A DNA stretch of 64,000 nucleotides from Candidatus Harrisonbacteria bacterium. GTDB taxonomy: Bacteria; Patescibacteriota; Minisyncoccia; UBA6257; 02-FULL-45-10c. Each line of letters starts with the position of its first letter. The first letter of the stretch is position 1. The position numbers were made by a program, and so were the translations under genes. Shown one piece after another: positions 37,984 through 48,410 of the stretch. The notes beneath the pieces were generated by a model. The model had not been told where the DNA came from. It made no database searches and worked only from the letters and a program-made list of their open reading frames with translations. Location of the stretch: contig JACPTS010000001.1 in assembly GCA_016192685.1 (NCBI GenBank), positions 311,647 to 375,646 of the forward strand, given 5' to 3'.

Positions 37984-39861
37984 TTAAATACCTAGCGGTT
38001 TCAATTTAAATCCGCCAACAATTTTATTAAAGTCTTCCTGCTCCAAGGTCTCTTTTTCCATCAAAGCCGAGGCAATGGCTTTCAATACCTGCCTTCGGGA
38101 ACTGATGATTTTTTTGGTTAAATCATAGGCATGGTCAATAAAAACTTTTACCTCCTCGTCAATTTTCGCCGCCACGCTTTCCGAATAATTCCGTTCGTGA
38201 GAAATTTCTTTTCCTAAAAATACCAATTCCTGGGTTTCACCGAAAGTCTGCGGCCCAAGTTTTTCGCTCATCCCAAATTGGGTGACTAAAGCCCTTGCCA
38301 CCCGGGAAGCTTCTTTTAAATCGCTTGAAGCGCCGGTGCTCATATCGCCAAAAACCATTTTTTCCGCCACATAGCCGCCAAGCGCCACCGCAATATCCGT
38401 TAAAAATTGGGTGCGGCTCCGCAAGTGCAATTCCTCCGTGGGCAATTTCAAAGTATATCCGCCAGCCCGGCCGCGGCTGACAATAGAAACTTTATGCACC
38501 GGGTCCGCGTCTTTTAAACTCGCGGCCACCAGCGCGTGCCCGGCTTCATGGTAAGCGGTAATTTCTTTTTCTTTCTGGGTAATCACCCGGCCTTTCCGCT
38601 CCGGACCAAGCAATACTTTTTCCACTGAAGAATAAAGGTCGTCTTGGGAAACTAATTTTCGGTTGTGCCTTGCGGCCAAAATCGCCGATTCATTCATCAA
38701 ATTTGCCAAATCCGCGCCGGAAAATCCGGGAGTACGGACAGCCACTTTTCTCAAATCCACGTCTTTTCCAAGCGGTTTTTCTTTGGAATGGATTTTCAAG
38801 ATTTCTTCCCGGTCTTTAATATCCGGCAAGTCCAAAATTACCCGGCGGTCAAAACGGCCCGGACGAAGTAAAGCCCGGTCTAAAATATCCGGCCGGTTAG
38901 TTGCGGCAAGCACAATTACATTAGTATCCCGCTCAAAACCGTCCATTTCCACCAAAATTTGGTTTAAAGTTTGCTCCCGTTCATCGTGGCCGCCGCCTAG
39001 CCCGGCGCCCCGCTCCCGGCCAACCGCGTCAATTTCATCAACAAATAATATGGAAGGCGCGGCTTTTCTGGCAGTCTGGAAAGCATCGCGGGTTCGGGCC
39101 GCGCCGACTCCGACGAACATTTCCACGAATTCAGACGCGGAAATATGGAAAAAGGGGACATTGGCTTCGCCAGCCACTGCCCGCGCGAGCAGGGTTTTGC
39201 CGGTTCCCGGCGGGCCCATTAAAAGCACGCCGCGCGGAATCCGGGCGCCCATTTCCAGAAATTTTTTCGGATTTTTCAAAAAATCCACCACTTCTTCCAA
39301 TTCTTGTTTAGCTTCTTTTAGCCCGGCTACGTCTTTAAAAGTGAGCCGGTCTTTAAAAGCGCCGAACATTTTTAAATTGGATTTTCCGAAACTGAAAGCT
39401 TGGCCAGCGCCGGCTTTGGCTTGGCTGAAAATAAACCAAAACATGGCGCCGATAATAATCAGCGGCAAAAGCGTCGGAATTAAAATTTCCGCCCAAAAAC
39501 GCCAGCCGCCCGGCTCTTTAACTTCTAAATTAACCGATTGCAGAGCCGCGGAATTAACGCCGTAATTATTTAAAGTTTCCGTCAGGCCGGCTTCGGATTC
39601 TTTTTTAGCCACTGCCCTCTCTTCATTTTTTAAATCAATAAAAAGGTCATTGCCGCGAATGGTAATTTTTTCCGCTTCTCCCTTATTGATTCTGGTCACT
39701 AAATCGCTGATGGATAATTCCAGCGGCGCCTTGCCGGTCTGGAATAAAAGCGAAAAGGCAAGCGAGATCGCCAATAAAGTAATGGTGGCCCAGAACAGGT
39801 TTTTAGAAAAATTAATTTCTTTCTTAATTCTCATAGCTTTAAGTATATAAAAAAATAACAA
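37984..39861 (-). CDS. ftsH: ATP-dependent zinc metalloprotease FtsH
   Basis: 625 aa; AAA Walker [12 protein letters not shown], zinc site HEAGHA. Confidence 0.9.
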   Translation of the reverse strand: MLFFYILKAMRIKKEINFSKNLFWATITLLAISLAFSLLFQTGKAPLELSISDLVTRINKGEAEKITIRGNDLFIDLKNEERAVAKKESEAGLTETLNNYGVNSAALQSVNLEVKEPGGWRFWAEILIPTLLPLIIIGAMFWFIFSQAKAGAGQAFSFGKSNLKMFGAFKDRLTFKDVAGLKEAKQELEEVVDFLKNPKKFLEMGARIPRGVLLMGPPGTGKTLLARAVAGEANVPFFHISASEFVEMFVGVGAARTRDAFQTARKAAPSILFVDEIDAVGRERGAGLGGGHDEREQTLNQILVEMDGFERDTNVIVLAATNRPDILDRALLRPGRFDRRVILDLPDIKDREEILKIHSKEKPLGKDVDLRKVAVRTPGFSGADLANLMNESAILAARHNRKLVSQDDLYSSVEKVLLGPERKGRVITQKEKEITAYHEAGHALVAASLKDADPVHKVSIVSRGRAGGYTLKLPTEELHLRSRTQFLTDIAVALGGYVAEKMVFGDMSTGASSDLKEASRVARALVTQFGMSEKLGPQTFGETQELVFLGKEISHERNYSESVAAKIDEEVKVFIDHAYDLTKKIISSRRQVLKAIASALMEKETLEQEDFNKIVGGFKLKPLGI

Positions 39862-39890
39862 AAAGAAAAAGCCCCGTCAACTGGCCGCTT

Positions 39891-40037
39891 CGCTATACCT
39901 ATTTACCTACCGGCACCGGCGTCGGTCGCCTCCTGCGGGCGACCGCGCCTACGCCTCGCCGCCAAAAGTCCCGCATAGCGGGACACCAAGCTTTCGGCGG
40001 CTCCGTAGTTGCCGTACGATAAATAGGTATAGCTCGC
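39891..40037 (+). repeat. structured repeat element, copy C
   Basis: flanks cgctatacctatttac / gtaaataggtatagc; boxes TACCGGCACCGGCGTC, GCGCCTACGCCTCGCC, GCTCCGTAGTTGCCGTACGA; hairpin 2 = aaagtcccgcatagcgggacaccaag (shared with copy D). Confidence 0.9.
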
Positions 40038-40044
40038 TTACTGT

Positions 40045-40090
40045 TAATTTTAAAAATAAAAAAGCCTCGTCAATGCTGCTGACGAGGCTT
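40045..40090 (-). terminator. intrinsic terminator of the 523-aa gene
   Basis: minus strand aagcctcgtca-gcagcat-tgacgaggctt + tttttatttttaaaa. Confidence 0.75.
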
Positions 40091-40103
40091 GTCATAAATC
40101 TAA

Positions 40104-41675
40104 TTAACGCTTGGATTTTAAAAATTCTTCCATCTCATCAATTAGGGGAATATCGTATTTTTGGAAAAGCGCAATCAATGCCATCAGATGCCAGTAGTAC
40201 GGCGGGCCAAGATAAGCCGGATCGCCGCCCTTAAGCCACATCCGAAAAAGTTCGCCCACGGTCGGATAAACCGTCCGGACAATTTCGTGAGATTCTTTTA
40301 CCGGAAGATTTTTCTCTTTATGGGCAATTTTAGTCCAAAAGTGATCAACGTGATTTTCTCCTTTTTGTTTCCGGAAGGGCCGTTCAAATATTTTTAAAAC
40401 CTCGTGGCCAGACTCATTTTGATATTCCCGGATTGAGTGGCCGATGATTTTATACAAAAATCCATCTTCTAAGGTTTGTTTAGCCAGTTCTGGCGGAAGA
40501 ATTCTCTTAATGTCTTGGTCAAGAACCTGGCCATATTTGTCTGATTCAGTGGCGCCGCCCGGCCAGCCAAGGCCAGCTGGTTTGCCGCCTTTTTTTGCGG
40601 CGTGGCCGAAGTAATCCCGTTCGCCGTCATCGCCGCGATTTTCCACCATAATAACTTGTAATGCCGCTAATTCTTCTTTGGATTTGCTTTTTAGAATTTT
40701 CACCAATTCCTCAACAGATTTGGCGAAAATCCCCAGAAAAGCCATGCCAAAAGAAGTATTTTCTATGTCTCTTATTTTCTTCTCGCGCTCCAGGTCAATG
40801 ATTTCCGGATGCTCATCCGCGTATTTATAACGAACCCTTTCTGCTTCTTGCTCAGCCAGCCAATTTTTTAAGCCTCGCATCCGCTCTTTGGCATCTTCAT
40901 AAGTTTGCGCGTATAAAAGGTCCAGTTTAATGATTTTCCAATCTTTTTTGTAGCGATGCGGCACGGTTTTGGTCAATAATCTGATATTCTGCAATTCTTC
41001 AATATGCGCCTCGCAAGCAATCAACGGTTCATCTAAATCTTTCAGGCCAAGCGCAAAAGGAAGCTTAAAAAAATTCATTTCCTCGCTCAGAGTCACTGTC
41101 ACAAAAGAACCATTCCTCACCTTTTTGCCTTTCCATTCGGCGATTTCTCCGTAATGAATATCACCTTTTCTGGTATTAATCCGGAAACGGAACTTGGGAA
41201 TAAATTTTAGCTCGGCAGTGTCGCCGGCAAGAATTTTATCCCGAATTGAAAGAAGAATTTTTTGTGTTTCCAGCATTTCTTTTTGCCTGGCTTCGTATTG
41301 CTGAAACTCTTTGCGGAGCTGGGCAATTTTTGCCCGGGCGTCCAGAAAATCCTGATAACTCGGATGATTGTTTGGCGCGCCTCTCAATAGCTGATTGCAA
41401 ACCAAGTTTATTTCTTCATATTTGTTAAATAGCTCTTTTAAAAGTGCGCTGTCGGGCTCTAACGCCATTGTTTGTTCTAAGATTTCATTGGCAAGATGCA
41501 CTGCGCAGATTGTTTTATCGCCGTCTGGAGCTAAAGAATCAACTCGCGGCTTTTGAGGATCGTCAGGTTCAAGCACCGCTGTCGGCTCAGCTGATTTTTG
41601 TTTCTCGTCCGGAAGTACGTGAGCCAGGAATTCAGCTTCGGTAACTTTGCAGATTTTTTCTTCCATTTTTTCCAC
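40104..41675 (-). CDS. hypothetical protein of unknown function (cargo between repeat copies C and D)
   Basis: 523 aa; predicted coiled-coil near the N-terminus; Gly-rich GHAAKKGGKPAGLGWPGG segment; no recognisable domain; own promoter, RBS and terminator. Confidence 0.5.
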   Translation of the reverse strand: MEKMEEKICKVTEAEFLAHVLPDEKQKSAEPTAVLEPDDPQKPRVDSLAPDGDKTICAVHLANEILEQTMALEPDSALLKELFNKYEEINLVCNQLLRGAPNNHPSYQDFLDARAKIAQLRKEFQQYEARQKEMLETQKILLSIRDKILAGDTAELKFIPKFRFRINTRKGDIHYGEIAEWKGKKVRNGSFVTVTLSEEMNFFKLPFALGLKDLDEPLIACEAHIEELQNIRLLTKTVPHRYKKDWKIIKLDLLYAQTYEDAKERMRGLKNWLAEQEAERVRYKYADEHPEIIDLEREKKIRDIENTSFGMAFLGIFAKSVEELVKILKSKSKEELAALQVIMVENRGDDGERDYFGHAAKKGGKPAGLGWPGGATESDKYGQVLDQDIKRILPPELAKQTLEDGFLYKIIGHSIREYQNESGHEVLKIFERPFRKQKGENHVDHFWTKIAHKEKNLPVKESHEIVRTVYPTVGELFRMWLKGGDPAYLGPPYYWHLMALIALFQKYDIPLIDEMEEFLKSKR

Positions 41676-41724
41676 CTCTCCTCATATACTGTTGTCAATT
41701 TTTGATATTCCAGTTTCTAGCTAT

Positions 41725-41753
41725 ATATTACTATAAAATTTTTATTAAGTCAA
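41725..41753 (-). promoter_or_regulatory. sigma70-type promoter of the 523-aa gene
   Basis: minus strand TTGACT - 17 nt - TAATAT; SD gaggagagg before ATG. Confidence 0.5.
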
Positions 41754-41759
41754 ATTTCC

Positions 41760-41950
41760 GCTCGCTTCTTATTCTCGCCAACGGCGCTCTCGCTTGAACA
41801 AATAATATTCGCTCATGACGGAAATTTATCACCCTGGTCGACTCCTCGCTCCGCTCGGCTCTCCTGGGTATCCCGATAAATTTCCTACTCGCTCATTTAT
41901 TTGTAATCAAGCTTCGCTAATGTTGGCTTGAATTAAGAAACTCGCTTAGA
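41760..41950. repeat. upstream region with 8 dispersed (C)TCGCT motifs
   Basis: gctcgcttc, ctctcgcttg, attcgctcatg, cctcgctccgctcgg, actcgctcatt, gcttcgctaat, actcgcttaga. Confidence 0.4.
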
Positions 41951-41957
41951 GCTGGAT

Positions 41958-41996
41958 TTTAAAAAAGAAAAACCGCCTCAGCTTTCGCTTTGGCGG
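41958..41996 (-). terminator. intrinsic terminator of the 96-aa gene
   Basis: minus strand ccgcc-aaagcgaaagctga-ggcgg + tttttcttttttaaaa. Confidence 0.7.
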
Positions 41997-42020
41997 AAAT
42001 TTATAACAATAACAACTAGT

Positions 42021-42311
42021 TTATTGCTTATTTATAAACCGAATTTCAGCGATAGTATTCCAGGATATCTCTTTATTTTTTGTTGCCCATGGCATTTTTT
42101 CGCGCCATTGATTACTACGACAAGAAAGATATTCTTCGGCACCTGGCGCAAAAAAGTTAACCGGACCTATACCGCCCGAACACATTACTCTTTCTCCTGT
42201 CACGAGTCGTATCTCTGCTGGTCGCGGTGTACCACCAACCTCTACACTGAATAAACAAACTATGAAAAAAAGTAAGACAGCCCCTCCCATAAGATAAAGC
42301 AGTACCCGCAT
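42021..42311 (-). CDS. small secreted/membrane-anchored hypothetical protein
   Basis: 96 aa; N-terminal hydrophobic segment MRVLLYLMGGAVLLFFIVCLFS; 3 Cys. Confidence 0.45.
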   Translation of the reverse strand: MRVLLYLMGGAVLLFFIVCLFSVEVGGTPRPAEIRLVTGERVMCSGGIGPVNFFAPGAEEYLSCRSNQWREKMPWATKNKEISWNTIAEIRFINKQ

Positions 42312-42520
42312 ATTTCCCTCCTTTTTTGATCGGAATGTTCTGTTTTATATATTATTTCAATATCAAAAATAAATCAAGTTTTTGCTTTGTAAATTTTTTT
42401 AAATTATAGAAGGCCGCGTTAGCGACCTACATTATTATCTACAACTATCCCTCAAAGAAGTTGAAAATATATTTGATTTGGCTATGTGCCGTGCGGCAAC
42501 TATTTTAATTTGAATTTCTA

Positions 42521-42708
42521 GCCGCTCTGCCGAGTTGTCGTAGAGAAACTACGGAGCCCCAAAAAGATTGGTGTCCCGCCATGCGGGACTTTTTGGGGCG
42601 AGGCGTAGCGGGCTCGCGCCGCTGGAGCGCGAGAACCGCGGTTCTCATAGACAATTCGGCGGAGCGGCCGTCAAAAAATGCCGGTGCTGATAGACAAATA
42701 GACAGAGC
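42521..42708 (-). repeat. structured repeat element, copy D (inverted relative to C, with internal insertion)
   Basis: reverse complement contains TATCAGCACCGGC, CCGCTACGCCTCGCC, hairpin ccaaaaagtcccgcatggcgggacacc, GGCTCCGTAGTTTCTCTACGA, plus an extra segment ccgccgaattgtctatgag shared with copy E. Confidence 0.85.
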
Positions 42709-42716
42709 TTAATAAA

Positions 42717-43808
42717 TTATTTTTTCAGCTTCAAAACAATCCTCTTTTCTTGCGGCTTTACCGAATCAATATGGAAAGTATAAGTCTCGCCCTCGCGGAT
42801 TTTCGCTTTCATTTCTTCTATGCCGCCGAATTCGGAAACGTGAATCAAGCCCTGGATTTCCGGATCCAGCGACACAAAAGCGCCAAAAGGATTAAACCGC
42901 AAAACTTTGCCCTGGATATCGGCGCCGGCTTTATAGCGTTCTTCAACTTTCTGCCACGGGTCTTCCTTAAGCGCCTTCAAAGACAAAGTCACCCGGCCGT
43001 CTTTAATTTCCAAAATTTTTGCTTTTACTTGGTCATTGACTTTAATAATGTCCTTCGGATTTTCAATTAATTTATGGTCTAATTCGGAAATATGAATCAA
43101 ACCTTCAATTTCCGGGTCGTCGGCAAATTTCAAGAAAGCGCCGAAATCCGCCACTCCCGAAATAATGCCGTCCACTATCTGTTCCGGCGCGTATTTCGCC
43201 AATTTTTCTTTAACATTGGCGCTGGTAATTTCTTTTTCGGAAAGAATCAGCTTGTCGTTCCGCAAATTAAAATCCAGAATTTTCACCGTTAATTCCTGGC
43301 CGATAAATTTTTTCAGTTCTTCCAGAATTTTATTTTTATCGCCGTCATCAACGCGGGGATAATGTTCATTGGAAAGCTGGGAAACCGGCATAAAGGCCCG
43401 CAGGTTTTCTATTTCCGCCATTAATCCGCCGGCATTGGCGCCGATAATTTTAACCTTTAACTCCTCGCCTTTTTCGTAAAGTTCTTTCACCGCTTGCCAG
43501 GATTTTTGTTTTCCGGCTTCGGCCAAAGAAAGTTCCACATAGCCATTTTCATTTTCCGCTTCCACCACTTTTGCCGTAATCGGGTCGCCTTCTTTCAGAT
43601 TTTTTAATGCTTCTCTGGCATTCACTAATTCCGTTCCATAAACTACGCCGGTGCCGAATTTCCCCAAATCAAAATAAACCGCCCGCGGGGTCCGGCGTAG
43701 CAAAGTTCCGGTAACCAAGTCTCCTTCTTTGGCCATTGTTCCCAAATCCGGCAAGGACCTTAAAAGCTGGGCAACGGCCGAATCGGTTTTTTTAAGACTA
43801 TTAAGCAT
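42717..43808 (-). CDS. rpsA: 30S ribosomal protein S1 (4 S1 domains)
   Basis: 363 aa; repeated S1 domains (GxV.G.V..I..FGAFV). Confidence 0.8.
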   Translation of the reverse strand: MLNSLKKTDSAVAQLLRSLPDLGTMAKEGDLVTGTLLRRTPRAVYFDLGKFGTGVVYGTELVNAREALKNLKEGDPITAKVVEAENENGYVELSLAEAGKQKSWQAVKELYEKGEELKVKIIGANAGGLMAEIENLRAFMPVSQLSNEHYPRVDDGDKNKILEELKKFIGQELTVKILDFNLRNDKLILSEKEITSANVKEKLAKYAPEQIVDGIISGVADFGAFLKFADDPEIEGLIHISELDHKLIENPKDIIKVNDQVKAKILEIKDGRVTLSLKALKEDPWQKVEERYKAGADIQGKVLRFNPFGAFVSLDPEIQGLIHVSEFGGIEEMKAKIREGETYTFHIDSVKPQEKRIVLKLKK

Positions 43809-43891
43809 TTGTTCAATATATTGTAGTTTAAAAAAATTTGCAACTTTTTCTTATTGCAAATTATATCTGAAAATCTTATAATATATTAGGT

Positions 43892-44509
43892 ATGATAATC
43901 AACTGGTACGGTGAAGGCTGCTTTAAGGCGCAAACAGGCGGTCTTACTTTATTAACTGACCCTTTTGAGTCTTCTATCGGCCTTACTCCGCCGCGCGGGA
44001 AAAGCGAGGTAATTTTAAAAACTTTAACCAGCTGGCCAATTAAAGAAGAAGAAACCAGTGGCCAATTAATCCAAGGCGCCGGAGAATACGAAGTCCGGGG
44101 AATAGAAATCCGCGGCTTCGCGCTTCTTCAGGAATCTTCGGAAAAATTCTTTAAAACCGCTTATAAAGTCATTGCCGAAGAAATGACACTCGGTTTTCTC
44201 GGCCACCTAAGCGAGGAGTTATCTCCGGAAGCAAATCAAAATTTAAAAGATGCTGATTTGCTTTTTTTGCCGGCCGGCGGCAAGCCGTTTATTGACCAGG
44301 AAAAAGCGGCAAAATTAATAAAACAGCTAAGCCCCAAAATTGTCGTGGCTTCTTTTTTTAAAACCCCGGGCCTCAAACGAACCAGCTCTGACTGGAAGGG
44401 ATTAGCTGAAGAAATGGACCAAAAACCAGAAGTAACAGACCATTTAACTGTTAAAAGGAAGGAGTTAAAAGAACAAAAAGGAATCAAATTAGTCGTGTTA
44501 AAAATATGA
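43892..44509 (+). CDS. MBL-fold metal-dependent hydrolase (UPF0173-like)
   Basis: 205 aa; beta-lactamase-fold pattern. Confidence 0.5.
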   Translation: MIINWYGEGCFKAQTGGLTLLTDPFESSIGLTPPRGKSEVILKTLTSWPIKEEETSGQLIQGAGEYEVRGIEIRGFALLQESSEKFFKTAYKVIAEEMTLGFLGHLSEELSPEANQNLKDADLLFLPAGGKPFIDQEKAAKLIKQLSPKIVVASFFKTPGLKRTSSDWKGLAEEMDQKPEVTDHLTVKRKELKEQKGIKLVVLKI

Positions 44510-44868
44510 CTGGAAAAATTCAAAACTTTTTCTTAAAACTCCAGCAAGAAGATGAAGCCACCCGAAAGCGCTGGCTGATAATTTTAACTTCCGGAACCAT
44601 GGCCGTAGTGGTCAGCCTTTGGCTGGTTTACCTTAATTTTACGATTAAAGCGCTGGCTCCGGAACCGCCAAAAGAAGAAGCGGGATTTTTTAAAACTTCC
44701 GCCAACGGCCTTCAAATCATCTCGCAAGAAACCGCCTTAAAAATCAGCCAATTAAGCGCCTATCTAAAATCGCTGGCCAATCAAACTAATTCCATTACTA
44801 TTCAGCCGGCAAATATTAATTTAATCCTGGAAGATTTAGAAACGGTCAAACCAAAAAAATTGCCTTAA
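44506..44868 (+). CDS. hypothetical membrane-anchored protein
   Basis: 120 aa, single TM. Confidence 0.4.
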   Translation: MTGKIQNFFLKLQQEDEATRKRWLIILTSGTMAVVVSLWLVYLNFTIKALAPEPPKEEAGFFKTSANGLQIISQETALKISQLSAYLKSLANQTNSITIQPANINLILEDLETVKPKKLP

Positions 44869-44884
44869 CTTTACGGAAAACTCA

Positions 44885-47353
44885 ATGACTGAAAAAGATA
44901 AAAAACTTAATACCGGAGTAGAAAAACGGGAAATTACCGAGGAGCTTCAGGAGTCTTATTTGGATTACGCCATGTCGGTAATTGTCGCCCGCGCCCTGCC
45001 GGATGTCCGGGACGGACTAAAACCGGTCCAGCGCCGGATTCTTTGGGCCATGTGGGACAGCGGCCTGACGCATTCGGCTAAATTTAAAAAATCCGCCAAT
45101 ATCGTCGGTGAAGTGCTTGGCAAATACCATCCGCACGGCGATTCTTCAGTATATGAAGCCATGGTCCGCATGGCGCAGGAATTTTCTCTCCGATATCCGC
45201 TGGTGGAAGGCCAGGGCAATTTCGGCAGTATTGACGGGGATTCGGCCGCCGCCTACCGCTACACCGAAGCCCGGCTTTCTAAATTAGCGGAAGAAATGCT
45301 GTTGGATATTGAAAAAGAAACCGTGGACTGGCTGCCGAATTATGACGCCAGCCGCCAAGAGCCGAAAGTCCTGCCGTCCAAAGTTCCGAATCTTTTATTA
45401 AACGGCACCGTGGGCATTGCCGTTGGCATGGCCACCAATATCCCGCCGCATAATTTAGGAGAAATCGTTGATGCCGCGCATCATCTGATTGATAATCCCA
45501 AAGCCACCATCAGCGATCTTATGAAATTCGTCCAGGGGCCGGATTTCCCGACTGGCGGAATTATTTATGATAAAAAGGCGATTGATGAAGCTTATGCTTC
45601 CGGCCATGGCGCGGTTACGGTCCGGGCGGTTGCCGAAGTAAAAGAAGAAAAAAAGGGGAAAAATGAAATTGAAATTACGGAAATTCCATATCAAGTGAAT
45701 AAAGCGGAGCTGATTATAAAAATCGCGGAACTGGTAACCGATAAAAAAATCCAGGGCATTCGGGACGTCCGGGATGAATCGGATAAAGACGGCCTGCGGA
45801 TTATAATTGAATTAAAAAATGACGCGGCGCCGCAAAAAATCCTGAATCAGCTTTATAATTACACCGATCTTCAGAAAAATTTCAATCTCAATATGATTGC
45901 CCTTGCTAAAAACGGGCTCCAGCCGGAGGTAATGTCCATTAAAGACATTTTAGCCGCTTATTTGGAACATCGGAAAGAAATTGTCCGGCGCCGGGCCGAG
46001 TTTGATTTGAAAAAAGCCGAGGAACGCGCCCATATTTTAATGGGGCTGCATAAAGCGCTGGGCGATATTGACCGGGTAATTTCTACAATTAAAAAATCAA
46101 AAGACAAAGAAGACGCCCATAAAAATTTAGTTGCGAAATTTAAATTCAGCGATTTACAGGCAACTGCCATTTTAGAAATGCGGCTTCAGACGCTGGCGGC
46201 CTTGGAACGGGAAAAAATTGAAGAAGAACTGAAAGAAAAGAAAAAATTGATTGAGGAATTACAGGCGCTTCTTAAAAGTCCGGCAAAAATTCTGAAAGTC
46301 ATAAAAGACGAGCTGAAAGAAATGAAAGAAAAATACGGCGATCAGCGCAAAACCAGGCTGGTTTCCGGCGGACTTAAAGATTTTAAAGAGGAAGATTTAG
46401 TGCCAAAAGAAGAAACGATTATCACTATGTCTCAAGGAGGTTATATTAAGCGCGTTCAGCCGTCATCTTTCAAATCCCAAAAACGCGGCGGCAAAGGCCT
46501 GATCGGTTCGGAGGTGGCGGAAGAAGATTTTTTGAGCCATTTTATGACCGCCAATACCCACGACAACCTTTTATTCTTTACCGAGCGCGGCCGGGTGTTC
46601 CAGACTAAAGTTTATGAAATTCCGGAGGCCAGCCGGATTGCCAAAGGAAAAGCCATCCATAATTTCCTGGAAATTCCTTTGGAAGAAAAATTAAGCGCGG
46701 TTATTGCTTATGCCGGCGAACATAAAACCAAAGAAGAGAAAAAATCCGCTCAAGGATATCTGGTGATGGTAACTAAAAACGGGCTGATTAAAAAAACCGC
46801 TTTAGCGGATTTTGCCAATGTCCGTCGCAATGGAATTATTGCGATTAAACTTAAAAAAGGTGACTTGCTCCAGTGGGTGCGGCTTTCTTCGGGGAACGAC
46901 CAAGTTACGCTCGCGACTGCCCAAGGCCAGGCGATTCGTTTTAAAGAATCCCAGCTCCGGCCAATGGGCCGGACTGCTTCCGGCGTCCGGGGAATCCGGA
47001 TTAGAAAAGGCGATTCCGTAGTGGCGCTTAATATCGTTACCAAAGAAAATGAAAAAGGCCAATTGCTTACCGTAATGGCCAATGGTTTTGGAAAACGGAC
47101 CCCGCTTTCCGAATACAAAGTGCAGGGCCGCGGCGGTTCAGGAATAAAAACTTCTAAAGTGACTTCTAAAACCGGTTTGGTAGTGGCTTCACCTCTTATC
47201 AACGTGGAAAAAGAAATCTTGGCGCTTTCCGCTAAAGGCCAGATTATCCGCACTCCGATTGAAAGCATCCGATTAAGCGGCCGCGCCACCCAAGGCGTCC
47301 GGATTATGAATGTCAAAGATAAGGACAAGGTGGTTGGTGTCATTTGTCTTTAA
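44885..47353 (+). CDS. gyrA: DNA gyrase subunit A
   Basis: 822 aa; [25 protein letters not shown]; active-site Tyr context; C-terminal beta-pinwheel repeats. Confidence 0.9.
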   Translation: MTEKDKKLNTGVEKREITEELQESYLDYAMSVIVARALPDVRDGLKPVQRRILWAMWDSGLTHSAKFKKSANIVGEVLGKYHPHGDSSVYEAMVRMAQEFSLRYPLVEGQGNFGSIDGDSAAAYRYTEARLSKLAEEMLLDIEKETVDWLPNYDASRQEPKVLPSKVPNLLLNGTVGIAVGMATNIPPHNLGEIVDAAHHLIDNPKATISDLMKFVQGPDFPTGGIIYDKKAIDEAYASGHGAVTVRAVAEVKEEKKGKNEIEITEIPYQVNKAELIIKIAELVTDKKIQGIRDVRDESDKDGLRIIIELKNDAAPQKILNQLYNYTDLQKNFNLNMIALAKNGLQPEVMSIKDILAAYLEHRKEIVRRRAEFDLKKAEERAHILMGLHKALGDIDRVISTIKKSKDKEDAHKNLVAKFKFSDLQATAILEMRLQTLAALEREKIEEELKEKKKLIEELQALLKSPAKILKVIKDELKEMKEKYGDQRKTRLVSGGLKDFKEEDLVPKEETIITMSQGGYIKRVQPSSFKSQKRGGKGLIGSEVAEEDFLSHFMTANTHDNLLFFTERGRVFQTKVYEIPEASRIAKGKAIHNFLEIPLEEKLSAVIAYAGEHKTKEEKKSAQGYLVMVTKNGLIKKTALADFANVRRNGIIAIKLKKGDLLQWVRLSSGNDQVTLATAQGQAIRFKESQLRPMGRTASGVRGIRIRKGDSVVALNIVTKENEKGQLLTVMANGFGKRTPLSEYKVQGRGGSGIKTSKVTSKTGLVVASPLINVEKEILALSAKGQIIRTPIESIRLSGRATQGVRIMNVKDKDKVVGVICL

Positions 47354-47395
47354 ATTTATTTCCTTGCCAGCATCAGCATTATTTTGAAATGCTGT

Positions 47396-47576
47396 TCCGC
47401 CGAATTGTCTACGAATTTTACTCGCCCTGCCTGTATTTCTGACGGCACAGCCCCGCTTTGCGGGGCTACGCCTCAACGCCAAAAATTTAGGCTACCATTA
47501 TGCGATCGCATAATGGTAGCCTAAATGCCGAGCTTTTGGCGTTTCCGTAGTTGCCGCACAAAACACAGGCAGAGCT
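47396..47576 (+). repeat. structured repeat element, copy E (variant)
   Basis: flanks ctgcctgt / acaggcag; box1 variant GACGGCACAG; GCTACGCCTCA; 66-nt perfect palindromic hairpin centred on gcgatcgc; box3 variant TTCCGTAGTTGCCGCACA; upstream segment ttccgccgaattgtctacgaa shared with D. Confidence 0.85.
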
Positions 47577-47651
47577 CGTTAAATTATTTATGGAATTTCT
47601 CCACGATAGCTTAACAAATCGGCAATAAATAAAAAAACGAAATAGAACTTC

Positions 47652-47678
47652 TTAGTTGCCGCACGACAGATAGGTAGC
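47652..47678 (+). repeat. truncated remnant of repeat-element 3' end
   Basis: cttagttgccgcacgacagataggtagc matches box 3 plus a flank-like tail. Confidence 0.5.
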
Positions 47679-47710
47679 TTACTTTAATGTCTATATTTTA
47701 GCGCGCGCTT

Positions 47711-47739
47711 GACAGAGCATTGGAAATATGATATACTAT
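47711..47739 (+). promoter_or_regulatory. consensus sigma70 promoter of the GC-rich cassette
   Basis: TTGACA - 17 nt - TATACT; SD aaaggaggt 8 nt before ATG 47781. Confidence 0.65.
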
Positions 47740-47780
47740 TTTTAAGCTGAAAAGTTGCACATTCATAAAGGAGGTATAAC

Positions 47781-48260
47781 ATGGGCATTTTGGTTCAAGG
47801 AATTCTCTGTTATGGATTCCGCATCAAGGACGAAGATGGTAACGAGGAAAACGTAACCATCAACTGGCTCCCCAAAGATCCAGACGGTGCTGAGGGGGAC
47901 TTCGAGGACTTTCTCGCTAAGCTGTTCGGCCTTAAAGAACCTGACAGTCAATACGACGAAAAGAGGTATGCCACAGACCCAGAGTATAAGAGGATGTGGA
48001 GCAGTTACTGGGAAAAGAAAAACAAGCTCGAAGAAGAGATTGGGGTAACCCTTGTTCATCACTGCTCTGGCGAACAGCGAATGTGTATCTTGGCTGTCAC
48101 GGAATCAGTGCGGGAAGCGAACTGGGGTGAGCCTGTCAATCTTGGTCAATCCATCACCGACAAGCAGACGGAGTGGCGAGAGAAACTTCGTGCCTTCTGC
48201 GAACGAGTGAATATCCAATTTGAAGAGCCTCAGCTTATCCTTTGCAGCTACTACGGATGA
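47781..48260 (+). CDS. hypothetical protein, compositionally foreign (GC-rich) cargo between repeat copies E and F
   Basis: 159 aa; codon usage (ctc, gac, aag, ggc) contrasts with the AT-rich host; no recognisable domain. Confidence 0.6.
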   Translation: MGILVQGILCYGFRIKDEDGNEENVTINWLPKDPDGAEGDFEDFLAKLFGLKEPDSQYDEKRYATDPEYKRMWSSYWEKKNKLEEEIGVTLVHHCSGEQRMCILAVTESVREANWGEPVNLGQSITDKQTEWREKLRAFCERVNIQFEEPQLILCSYYG

Positions 48261-48288
48261 GACTTTGGCAGTCGAATTGGAATCTCCA

Positions 48289-48336
48289 GGAGGCCAACCA
48301 GCGATAACATCAAGGTTGGCCTCTTTCTTTTTTAAA
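48289..48336 (+). terminator. intrinsic terminator of the GC-rich cassette
   Basis: ggaggccaacc-agcgataacatcaa-ggttggcctc + tttcttttttaaaattt. Confidence 0.8.
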
Positions 48337-48410
48337 ATTTCCCGCCAAAGCGAAAGCCAAGTCTGACTTGGCGAAAGCTGAGGCGGTTTTTATATTGAAT
48401 TAGATTAAGA

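Noticed and set aside
38663-39565. Long ORFs antisense to ftsH (38663..39565), gyrA (46750..47343), infB, hppA, nusA and others
   Set aside because: They lie entirely inside, and opposite to, well-supported conserved genes. They encode low-complexity Ala/Arg/Pro-rich products typical of antisense frames of GC-richer housekeeping genes.
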